Shown: in pieces, positions 1 to 7,241 of the stretch
Numbering within the stretch: position 1 is the first letter of the stretch
Layout: each line of letters starts with the position of its first letter
NCBI GenBank assembly: GCA_036444275.1
Contig: JAZGAD010000003.1
Coordinates: 1 to 18,142 of the forward strand
From: Candidatus Hydrothermarchaeales archaeon
Lineage (GTDB): Archaea > Hydrothermarchaeota > Hydrothermarchaeia > Hydrothermarchaeales > JAZGAD01
Reading direction: 5' to 3'
DNA length: 18,142 bases
The notes under the pieces: model-generated
The model's database searches: none
Told to the model about the DNA's origin: nothing
What the model saw: the letters and a program-made list of their open reading frames with translations, nothing else
Program-made: the position numbers and the translations under genes

Positions 1-340
1 TGAGAGCCCCCTCCTTCTCCTCGTTCATTACTTTTATTTTATCGTCTTCCTTTCTCAGCATCATATTAGCTAAGTATATTGCCTGGTCCTTCTTGAATAC
101 CAATAAGCCAGTGCCCTTTATGTCCCCTAAGAGCCGGAGGTATATACCCACGATCAGTGTCTCTGCACCTCCAATCGCCGCAGGGATCTTCTCTATTTCC
201 ACCACTGATACCTTGGGGACATTTACGTAGACCTTTTTACCAATCATCTGTGCCAGTGCAGTTGATGCATGGCCTGCCCCTATATTCCCAACCTCCTTAA
301 GCGCGTCTAGCTGAGCTTCGCTTAGTTTACTAATCTCCAT
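1..340 (-). CDS. cheC: Chemotaxis phosphatase CheC (runs off the left edge of the window)
   Basis: Manual translation from ATG 340: MEISKLSEAQLDALKEVGNIGAGHASTALAQMIGKKVYVNVPKV... This carries the CheC D-x3-E-x2-N motif and the downstream VP. RBS GAGGTG lies upstream. Absent from the ORF track because no stop falls in the window. Confidence 0.93.
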   Translation of the reverse strand, partial: MEISKLSEAQLDALKEVGNIGAGHASTALAQMIGKKVYVNVPKVSVVEIEKIPAAIGGAETLIVGIYLRLLGDIKGTGLLVFKKDQAIYLANMMLRKEDDKIKVMNEEKEGAL

Positions 341-459
341 TCCTCGCACCTCTGCTCAAATATACTGGCTGTATCCAAGATCAAGGCTACCCCTCCATCC
401 CCGAGGAGGGTAGAGCACTAGAAACCATTATACCGCCCTGGATGCCTCACTATCTCCTC
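322..459 (-). pseudogene. cheA: Remnant of the extreme C-terminus (P5/CheW-like domain) of histidine kinase CheA
   Basis: Frame reads EEIVRHPGRYNGF*CSTLLGDGGVALILDTASIF, matching the CheA consensus ending GFSGATILGDGxVALILD. In-frame TAG at 418-420, no upstream cheA body, and it sits directly before cheC as in canonical che operons. Confidence 0.75.
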
Positions 460-800
460 GTGTATGACGGACGTTATATAGGTTTCATGTTATGTTATAT
501 TGTCTTATAAGATAAGAAGACCTGTGCACATAAATGTCTTTTGGAATGGATTGTCATGATTACGGGAAGCTTTCCAGCTTCTTCTCTCGGAGCTGTTAAC
601 CATACATTATAAGAGACCCTAGGCATGTGACTACTGAGGGATGACAAGTAGGTTCGTCCCATCCCTGCTAATAAAGTTCAAGGAGATGCATAAGAGAGGA
701 TAGAATAGACTAACGGGGATGGGGTCCTCCTGCCCATCTGTTGTAGGCTGAGCCAAATCTACATCGATTCTGGGTTGGGTAATATTTATACCACCTCGTT

Positions 801-1121
801 GTGACACTATGTATAGGAATAGGGGGCAGCCTGTTGGAAATTGGGGTTGAGGTCACTAGGGATGTGACGCCTAGTGCAATATTAGGCGTAGTCCTCATGG
901 TAGCTGTCACCGTTATTGTGGTGCTCTACTACGAGAGGGAGTGGGTGCTGGAGAGGCTGGAGGGCCTAGGCATCTTACGGGCGTTTGGGTTTATATTAAT
1001 GGCCTTAGGCGTGTCCTTAGTCATTGCTGGCCTCCTATGGACAGAGTTCGCCCTCATCGTCGTAGCCGGCTTCATACTCGTAGCACTGGGATACTTCCTA
1101 GCAGAGAAAGCCAGCGAATAG
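801..1121 (+). CDS. Small hypothetical membrane protein (about 3 TM helices); true start may be TTG at 835
   Basis: Three hydrophobic segments (SAILGVVLMVAVTVIVVLYY; AFGFILMALGVSLVIAGLLW; FALIVVAGFILVALGYFLA). TATA-like TTTATA at 785-790 and AGGGGG before TTG 835. Confidence 0.7.
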   Translation: MTLCIGIGGSLLEIGVEVTRDVTPSAILGVVLMVAVTVIVVLYYEREWVLERLEGLGILRAFGFILMALGVSLVIAGLLWTEFALIVVAGFILVALGYFLAEKASE

Positions 1122-1304
1122 GGGGGATAGAATAGGAATAGGAATCAGCATACACCCCCCCCCAAGTGGCACTAGCATAGGTTAGGCTAGGTTAGCTTCT
1201 CTGATCCTAGGACACAGTATATCCTATTCTATCTTGGCCTCGATTTCTACCATCACTCAAACCTCTTATTACGAGCCAGTATCTGGGCAGAATGAGGGCT
1301 CAGA

Positions 1305-1517
1305 TCAGACCTTGATGACGTCCATGGCCTTGCGCCACTTGTTGCCATCCAGCTCCATTACCCAGACCTTACTCACCTTTGGATTCTTCTTGGCGAGGGA
1401 GACCACCTCTTCCCTCGTGGGCATCGACGGGGTCTTCTTTAGGGTGACGAAGCGCTTAGCCTCAACACCCTTCCTGAACCAGCCCCTTATTCTCACATCC
1501 CTACCGAGGTATTCCAA
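1305..1517 (-). CDS. Small basic hypothetical protein, possibly frameshifted at the 5' end (alternative ATG at 1540)
   Basis: 70-aa ORF with protein-like composition and codon usage, co-oriented with and just downstream of cheY. Confidence 0.6.
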   Translation of the reverse strand: MEYLGRDVRIRGWFRKGVEAKRFVTLKKTPSMPTREEVVSLAKKNPKVSKVWVMELDGNKWRKAMDVIKV

Positions 1518-1595
1518 GCGTTGACATAGAACATCTTCATCTCTACACCACTCACTCTTTAGATGGATGAAGAGGTGGAGGGAAGCTAGGATAAT

Positions 1596-1958
1596 CTATA
1601 GACCCAGGGCCCTCTTGACTGCTTCCCTTATCATCAAAGGATGTAACGGCTTTGTGATGTAGTCCTTTGCCCCTGCTTTAATGGCATCGTTGACCATATC
1701 TGGTTGACCTAATCCGCTGAACAAGATTATCTTGGCATTGGGATCGTATTCTATGATACGCCTAGTCGCGTCAATACCGTCCACACTTGGCATGATGACG
1801 TCCATGAGTACCAACTCTGGTTTTAGCTCCGTGTATTTCTTAATGGCCTCCTCGCCGTCAGCCGCCTCACCCACGATCGTGTGACCCCCATGGACCAGTA
1901 TCTCCTTCAGCAAGTCACGCACAGAAGACGAATCGTCAACGACCAACAACCTAGCCAT
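1596..1958 (-). CDS. cheY: Chemotaxis response regulator CheY (stand-alone receiver domain)
   Basis: VVDD acidic pair, phospho-acceptor LMDVIMP, SGLGQ, GAKDYITKP. Bacillus/archaeal-type CheY with cheC nearby. RBS GGGAG. Confidence 0.9.
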   Translation of the reverse strand: MARLLVVDDSSSVRDLLKEILVHGGHTIVGEAADGEEAIKKYTELKPELVLMDVIMPSVDGIDATRRIIEYDPNAKIILFSGLGQPDMVNDAIKAGAKDYITKPLHPLMIREAVKRALGL

Positions 1959-2097
1959 ATCCCTTACTCCCTATTCAGCTTAACTTCCTGCTATAACTTC
2001 TAGCCTCCCATATTCCCATAGGTTACAATGTTAGGTTCTAGATGAGAGCCTTTATATTTTGTCATCACACTTCTTGCACACACAAGAAGCATGTGGT

Positions 2098-2108
2098 AAA
2101 AAAGAAAA
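2098..2108 (-). terminator. Oligo-T archaeal terminator after the 2116-2394 gene
   Basis: TTTTCTTTTTT on the minus strand, 7 nt after the TAA stop. Confidence 0.5.
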
Positions 2109-2115
2109 GGGGGGT

Positions 2116-2394
2116 TTATTTCGTAATAAGGTCGATAGCCCCGAGTATAGTCCCTACTGCTACAGCGACGAATCCTATCACTGAGAGTATCAATGTAACC
2201 CAACTGGTAACAAAGTGTATACTAGGCAGAACTCTGACTGTAAGAGTCAGTACTCCTCCCAATAGGTAAGCAAGTGCTCCGGCCATGATGTAGTCAAAGT
2301 TTTTCCCTAACTTATCGGCTGTTCCAGCGTATTTCAGTAGAACCCCCACTACAAATAGTGTCACCGCCAGCGATACTTCCCCTACTAATACCAT
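2116..2394 (-). CDS. Small hypothetical membrane protein (3 TM helices)
   Basis: Three hydrophobic helices. RBS GGGGTGA (2401-2407) is best spaced for ATG 2394 (the track uses 2400). Oligo-T terminator downstream. Confidence 0.8.
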   Translation of the reverse strand: MVLVGEVSLAVTLFVVGVLLKYAGTADKLGKNFDYIMAGALAYLLGGVLTLTVRVLPSIHFVTSWVTLILSVIGFVAVAVGTILGAIDLITK

Positions 2395-2410
2395 ATGCAT
2401 TCACCCCAAC

Positions 2411-2443
2411 GAGGCATGGTTTTTGCCTCCATAAATAATTTTC
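2411..2443 (-). promoter_or_regulatory. BRE/TATA promoter followed by inverted repeat GAGGCA-N7-TGCCTC (candidate operator)
   Basis: Minus strand reads GAAAATTATTTAT G GAGGCA AAAACCA TGCCTC GTT GGGGTGA ATG. Confidence 0.45.
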
Positions 2444-2714
2444 TATTTGATCATCACAAGGGCGAGCATAGATAGGTGGAGGGGATGAATATCAGGGCTT
2501 TATTTAATTCTTCCATCACCTTTCCACGGTCCTTTGAGCCACCTCTGGGTATAATCTCAAGGAGTATTGCCCCTAAATGTCATCGAACTTAGGATTTGTT
2601 TTAGAAGGATTTAAATATCTCTCTAGACGATAATTTGATTCGCCTGCATTGGTTATGAATATGGGGTGGCCTAAGGCTAATACTGAATGGGAAATATAGC
2701 CGTAGGTAAACGAG

Positions 2715-3443
2715 ATGACGAGGACGAAGAGCGGGGTACCCGGCTTGGACGAGGTCCTTGAAGGAGGGATCCCGGAGGGCTCCACTATCTTGGTAACTGG
2801 GGGCTCAGGCACTGGAAAGAGCATCCTCTGTTCTCAGTTCCTGTACAATGGCATAACCCAGTACGGAGAGAACGGGGTATTCGTCAGCTTGGAGGAGAGA
2901 CCCCAGGATCTAAGGGCTGAGATGGCCGAGTTCGGCTGGGACTTCCAAAAGCTTGAGGACGAAGGGAAACTCTTGCTTATAGATGCCTCCACTATAAAGA
3001 TCCCTGTCAAGGTGGATAAGGGCTTCGCGTGGGGCCTAGGCTATGACATCGAGAAATTGATGACTCTCGTCTCCGCGGGGGTGAAGAAGATCGATGCTAG
3101 AAGGGCAGTGGTAGATTGTCTCCCAGCTTTAGAATTCGGCCTTGAAAACACGCTGGATGTCAGGAGGGCTATATTCAACCTAGCCTCTCTCTTGCTGGAA
3201 CTGGAGTGCACCTCCCTTATGACTACTGAGACTATTGATCCAGATAGGATAAGCAGGTATGGCGTGGAGGAATTCATCCTCAAAGGGGTGATTGTTCTTG
3301 ACCTGATATTAAAGGAGGGGAAGATAGTAAGGACCATCACCGTCAGGAAGATGTGCCGTGTGAGGCATTCCCTCGAGACCTATCCCTTCACCATCGACGA
3401 GAACGGCATCACTATTTACCCCGGGGAAGGTGTATACATCTGA
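2715..3443 (+). CDS. Single-domain KaiC-like / RAD55-family RecA-superfamily ATPase
   Basis: SGVPGLDEVLEGG N-terminus, Walker A GGSGTGKS, VSLEE, Walker B AVVD, SRYGVEEF, and a C-terminal RKMxxxxHS..YPFTIDENGI pattern. Confidence 0.9.
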   Translation: MTRTKSGVPGLDEVLEGGIPEGSTILVTGGSGTGKSILCSQFLYNGITQYGENGVFVSLEERPQDLRAEMAEFGWDFQKLEDEGKLLLIDASTIKIPVKVDKGFAWGLGYDIEKLMTLVSAGVKKIDARRAVVDCLPALEFGLENTLDVRRAIFNLASLLLELECTSLMTTETIDPDRISRYGVEEFILKGVIVLDLILKEGKIVRTITVRKMCRVRHSLETYPFTIDENGITIYPGEGVYI

Positions 3444-3593
3444 CTCGATTTACGTGTGCAGCGTCAGAGCCTATTCTAGGTGTTGGGCTCGAACCGTCCT
3501 TTGTGCACAGTCTTTTTCACTTCCATGACATTCATGTCCACGAACTCCAGCCTCCAAGCGGTACTTGCATATATTCAAACGGTCCTGAGTAGG

Positions 3594-3621
3594 TGTCAAT
3601 AAATCAGTCCTATTATTGACA
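3594..3621. repeat. Perfect 9-bp inverted repeat TGTCAATAA-N10-TTATTGACA
   Basis: Arms read directly at 3594-3602 and 3613-3621, in intergenic DNA. Confidence 0.7.
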
Positions 3622-3849
3622 GCAAATACAAGCCGAAAATTGAGGAGATTTACTCTTCGAATACGAGGAATATTACGCCCTCACTGTAACAAAAGATATA
3701 AGTGTTAGAATCTCTATTCATCCCCCAGTGATCCGTATGGTTGGCCTAAAAGAGTGGGCTAAAAAGAAATGCGGGAGGAATCCACCTGATATCCCCAAGC
3801 AGGATGTCATAAGGGACACCTAGGAGAATAGTCGTTAGCCAAATCATGA

Positions 3850-4362
3850 ATGAAATATAGGAAAGGAAGCCGCGCCATGAGAAAGAAACTGGACCTCAGA
3901 GAAAAGTTAAAGATGCTATCACCAGAGGCAGCAGGGACGACGCCCTTACTAAAGGCTGTTAACGCTGCAGAAATAGAGCTCGGAGAACCAAGAACCAAAC
4001 CAACATTAGGTGACTTCGAACTCGAACTTGATGAAATCACTAGTAAAGCATCGTTTTTGGATAAGACGAAGGGAGACCGGTTGGAGCAAATCCTCTCCCT
4101 ACAGGGTGGTAATGATATAAAATGGACAGCCTTGGTCGATCCCTTCGCTGAGAAATTTGCATCTATGGTGAGCGATGGATTAACAGAGATAAAGACCCTA
4201 CCCCCAATCTTTGGCTCAAGATTCACAGAGAGCTCCATCCTCGCGTCCCACATCAAGGGCTACACTTTCACTCTGGCCAGCTACGAGGTAGATTTCGACA
4301 AGCTGGTAGAAATCTTCACTGCCGCTCTCAAGTACGCCAAGGAAAAACTACATTTGGAATAG
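3850..4362 (+). CDS. Hypothetical protein, possibly 5'-truncated or frameshifted
   Basis: 170-aa ORF with normal Lys/Glu/Leu-rich composition, converging on hisS (15-nt gap). No family recognised. Confidence 0.65.
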   Translation: MKYRKGSRAMRKKLDLREKLKMLSPEAAGTTPLLKAVNAAEIELGEPRTKPTLGDFELELDEITSKASFLDKTKGDRLEQILSLQGGNDIKWTALVDPFAEKFASMVSDGLTEIKTLPPIFGSRFTESSILASHIKGYTFTLASYEVDFDKLVEIFTAALKYAKEKLHLE

Positions 4363-4377
4363 ATAGTCAGTACTGTA

Positions 4378-5643
4378 CTAGAATTTGATCCTATGCAACT
4401 CCTTGATATTAACCTCCCTTTGCGTTTCCTTCTCCATATCTCGTAGGACTACGTACCCCCTCTCCAGCTCCTCGTCGCCTACAATTATCACAAAGGAAAA
4501 GCCCTCGTTGTTCGCATAGCTTAGGGCTCTACTAAGCTTGCGCCTCATCAACTCCAGTTCACAAGAAGCGTACTCCCGGATTATTGAACATATCTTTACT
4601 GCGTCCTCCAGCAAATCCTCACTTGTAGGCACCACCAGTACCCTGGTCTTCTTAACGGGAGCCATACCTGTCTGGGCCTCTAGGGCTAATAACACTCTAT
4701 CCAAACCGAATGCGAAGCCACATGTAGGGGTCGGCTCACCCCCTAGAACATCTGTTAACGTGTAAGTCCCTCCACCGCAGATCTGCTTCTGAGCTCCCAG
4801 GCCCTGGGCATAGACCTCGAAGACTACGCCGCTATAGTAATCCAAGCCCCTAGCAATCCCTAGATTCAACTGATAGGTAACGCCTAACTCTTCCAATAGC
4901 TCAAGAACCCTACTAAGCCTCTCTAATCTAGCCATAACGCCTTCATTATTCTCTAAGAGTTTCTTGGCCTTCTCCAGAGTTTTCTTCCCGCCTACTAACC
5001 CGCTTATCGTATAGACGAGTTTCCTGTCATCTGCTGGAATGCCTATCTCCGTTAAGAGGATGTCTATATCCTCGCCCTTGTCTATGGCGTTCATCACCTT
5101 TGCCTGATCCTCGTCGCTTGCTCCACTACACCCTAGAATTTCCCTAAGTACGCCTACCTCCCCTATCTGGAGATCAAACTTTAGGCCTATTCCTTTCAGT
5201 GCATACACCGCTAGTGCTATCACCTCTGCCTCTGCCTCAGGATAGGGGCTGCCTATGAGTTCTATCCCTGCCTGCCAGAACTCCCTGTATCTACCGGATT
5301 GAGGCCGCTCATATCTGAAGCAATTTCCGAAGTAGTAGAGTTTCACTGGCTTCGTTGTATGCGAGAGTTCCTCCATGTAAAGACGCATCACCGGAGCTGT
5401 CAGCTCTGGCCTAAGGGCTATCTCCCTACCAGACTTATCCTTGAAATGATATAGGTGGCGCCGTATTTCCTCCCCCGATTTTGTAGTTATCAGCTCAAGG
5501 TGCTCAAACGTAGGGGTCTGGACCTCTCGATAGCCGTATCCCTCAAAGACCCTCCTAATCGCTTCTTCGACTTTTCTACGCCCCTCCATCTCTTCGGGTA
5601 AGATGTCTCTGGTTCCTCTCGGTTTTGAAAAGTTACTTCGCAT
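4378..5643 (-). CDS. hisS: Histidine--tRNA ligase
   Basis: PRGTRD, LRPELTAP, motif 2 FRYERPQSGRYREFWQ, RGLDYYSG, GGGxY, GFAFGLDR, and a C-terminal anticodon-binding domain (its presence argues against HisZ). Confidence 0.96.
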   Translation of the reverse strand: MRSNFSKPRGTRDILPEEMEGRRKVEEAIRRVFEGYGYREVQTPTFEHLELITTKSGEEIRRHLYHFKDKSGREIALRPELTAPVMRLYMEELSHTTKPVKLYYFGNCFRYERPQSGRYREFWQAGIELIGSPYPEAEAEVIALAVYALKGIGLKFDLQIGEVGVLREILGCSGASDEDQAKVMNAIDKGEDIDILLTEIGIPADDRKLVYTISGLVGGKKTLEKAKKLLENNEGVMARLERLSRVLELLEELGVTYQLNLGIARGLDYYSGVVFEVYAQGLGAQKQICGGGTYTLTDVLGGEPTPTCGFAFGLDRVLLALEAQTGMAPVKKTRVLVVPTSEDLLEDAVKICSIIREYASCELELMRRKLSRALSYANNEGFSFVIIVGDEELERGYVVLRDMEKETQREVNIKELHRIKF

Positions 5644-5674
5644 ATCTCAAGTACTCCTTCAGCAGATCCAAGAA

Positions 5675-5785
5675 CTACAAGAGCTCCTTTATAACATTGC
5701 ATAAATCCTTGTTTCCCCCACCATTTTTCTCTAGGTAGAGGGCAGCAGTATCTAGAATAAACCTCTGACTGATATTCCTCTGCAT
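5675..5785 (-). CDS. 36-aa small ORF upstream of hisS (MQRNISQRFILDTAALYLEKNGGGNKDLCNVIKELL)
   Basis: Strong RBS AGGTGA 5 nt before ATG 5785 and BRE/TATA GAAAGCTTTAATA at 5828-5840. Below the ORF-track length cutoff. Confidence 0.45.
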   Translation of the reverse strand: MQRNISQRFILDTAALYLEKNGGGNKDLCNVIKELL

Positions 5786-5825
5786 TCTCTTCACCTAAAA
5801 AGCCAAATGATGTGTCTCTTGCTTC

Positions 5826-5840
5826 AATATTAAAGCTTTC
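5826..5840 (-). promoter_or_regulatory. Candidate BRE/TATA promoter for small ORF-hisS
   Basis: GAAAGC TTTAATATT on the minus strand. Confidence 0.5.
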
Positions 5841-5864
5841 TACAAAATACAAAACAAAAGGAAC
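5841..5864 (-). terminator. T-rich terminator after the Zn-ribbon gene
   Basis: CCTTTTGTTTTGTATTTTG on the minus strand, about 10 nt after the TAG at 5874. Confidence 0.45.
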
Positions 5865-5873
5865 TGAGCTAAG

Positions 5874-6029
5874 CTATCTTATTTTCTTGTTTTCCTGCCT
5901 GTAGACGCTTGTGGTGTTGATGCTGTCACAGCTTGGGCACTTCAACTCCTTATCCTCGGTAAGGTCATAGCTTATTCTAAACATCTTACCGCATTCCTCG
6001 CATACCATGACTTTTTCAACCATAAGCAT
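5874..6029 (-). CDS. Small zinc-ribbon protein (CxxC-x17-CPxC), 51 aa; start may be 6023
   Basis: Manual translation MLMVEKVMVCEECGKMFRISYDLTEDKELKCPSCDSINTTSVYRQENKKIR*, with a FmdB/rubredoxin-like knuckle pattern. Missing from the ORF track (<60 aa). Confidence 0.85.
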   Translation of the reverse strand: MLMVEKVMVCEECGKMFRISYDLTEDKELKCPSCDSINTTSVYRQENKKIR

Positions 6030-6068
6030 ACCCTAACCCTTAAATCACTTTGTTTTTTGTTGGAATCT

Positions 6069-6644
6069 CTATTTATTTATTTCCATGCGGCTGAAAACAT
6101 TAAAACCAGAGCCAGCGTGCACTATGAAGCATAATACTACGCTGAACAAAACAGAAAATAGCCCTATTACACCTATGTTGGAGAAGGGATAACCTAATAG
6201 GGGATGGGTCCCCACTATGTAGTCGAAGTAGTCGTTTAGTAGGAACCATGTCACAAATACTAGATGAATCCTCTTTCTCTCAATTGTAGGGAGTATAAAG
6301 ACAGGCTCCAAGATCATCCCGAAATGCAACACGAACATTGTTACATAGAAGAGGCGGTTGAAAGGCGCTAAGAAGTAATCAGAGTAGAATAGGATCACCA
6401 ACAAGGTCCAAAGACCGTATTTCATTACGTACACCGAAGCAACGAAGCTCAGCCAGCCAAGTTTTCGCCCCAGAAGTATGAAGAGGAGAGCTAGAGAGAA
6501 TAAAAGAGTCGAAGTAGCGCTGTCAGGGATAAATATCCATAAAGTGAGAGGCGATGCCGCTAATAGCTCCTTATAGTAATAGAAGCCGAAGGCAGAGCCC
6601 GCCAAATTCACAGCTAGAACCAAGAGCAAGAGACGAGGTCTCAC
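6069..6644 (-). CDS. DUF1405 family integral membrane protein (Bacillus YpjA/LhaT-like)
   Basis: NLAGSAFGFYYY, WIFIPDS, KYGLWT, HFGM, NDYFDY..GTHP motifs typical of DUF1405, with about 6 TM helices. GTGA start/stop overlap with the upstream acetyltransferase. Confidence 0.85.
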   Translation of the reverse strand: MRPRLLLLVLAVNLAGSAFGFYYYKELLAASPLTLWIFIPDSATSTLLFSLALLFILLGRKLGWLSFVASVYVMKYGLWTLLVILFYSDYFLAPFNRLFYVTMFVLHFGMILEPVFILPTIERKRIHLVFVTWFLLNDYFDYIVGTHPLLGYPFSNIGVIGLFSVLFSVVLCFIVHAGSGFNVFSRMEINK

Positions 6645-7147
6645 GGTTCTTCCCTTTCCAGCTCCCGTGCTGGGACGCCTCCAATAAAAGAACCAGGTTT
6701 CACATCCCTATTAACGAGGGAACAAGCAGATACCATGGCACCCTTCCCAATCTCCACTCCAGCTAGCACCGTGGTATTTGCTCCTATCATAACACTTTCG
6801 CCTATGCGCACGCTGCCCTTTCTCCACTCGCCGACGAGATATTCGTGAGCCAAGATCGTTGCATTGTAGCCGATCACGGTGTTATCCCCTATCTCAATGA
6901 GCTCTGGAAAGAAGATATCAAACATCGCCATCAAGCCAATAGAGACATCCCTCCCGATATTAATACCAATCAAACGGTAGAAGAAGTTCTTAAGGCTGAG
7001 CGATGGCAAGAAGCGGCAGAGGTATATAACCAGGAAATTTACGCTGACCCTCAGTGGGTTCCTTATCCTGTGCCAGTACCGCATAGAGTTCCGTCTCCTT
7101 ACCTTATGGACCTCCAGCCTCCTTCCATGCATCATCCTTTTCTCCAT
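6641..7147 (-). CDS. Hexapeptide-repeat O-acetyltransferase, YvoF-like (polyprenylglyceryl O-acetyltransferase family); start could be 7159, 7147 or 7135
   Basis: NS..YW, NFLVIYLCRFLP..LKN, DIFFPELIEIG, IGYNATILAHEYL, MIGANTTVL..V.IG..A.VSA, GGVPAR. Closely follows the B. subtilis YvoF sequence as recalled. Confidence 0.85.
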   Translation of the reverse strand: MEKRMMHGRRLEVHKVRRRNSMRYWHRIRNPLRVSVNFLVIYLCRFLPSLSLKNFFYRLIGINIGRDVSIGLMAMFDIFFPELIEIGDNTVIGYNATILAHEYLVGEWRKGSVRIGESVMIGANTTVLAGVEIGKGAMVSACSLVNRDVKPGSFIGGVPARELEREEP

Positions 7148-7241
7148 ATCCCGCCTCACATTAGAGATGAAAAGCTAACAGACACTTTCGAATGCTCTAC
7201 ACCGTTATTATTATATTTGCAATTATTAATGTTTATTTAAT

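Noticed and set aside
1121-1163. G6 and C9 runs with short GAATAG repeats after the membrane gene
   Set aside because: Too short and irregular for a CRISPR array or tandem repeat. They are intergenic, so there is no evidence for phase variation.
2474-2521. Imperfect hairpin and short open frames in the 2450-2700 intergenic region
   Set aside because: Pairing relies on several G-U pairs and bulges, and no recognisable RNA family or protein remnant was found.
2715-3443. Circadian clock KaiC
   Set aside because: Single domain, no recognisable Ser/Thr phosphosite pair at the KaiC CII position, and no kaiA/kaiB in the window.
3466-3500. GGTTCGAGCCC on the minus strand resembles a tRNA T-loop
   Set aside because: The flanks do not form a 5-bp T-stem, and no acceptor, D or anticodon arms can be built.
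418-5677. Several in-frame TAG codons in apparently continuing frames (418, 3821, 5675) suggested amber recoding (pyrrolysine)
   Set aside because: TAG is the normal stop at the expected C-terminus of cheY, hisS, cetZ, argF and purD in this window, and no conserved gene needs TAG readthrough.
5490-5852. 120-aa ORF overlapping the hisS 5' end
   Set aside because: It starts inside a terminator-like tract, overlaps hisS out of frame by 154 nt and has no RBS. The 36-aa ORF in another frame has the better signals.
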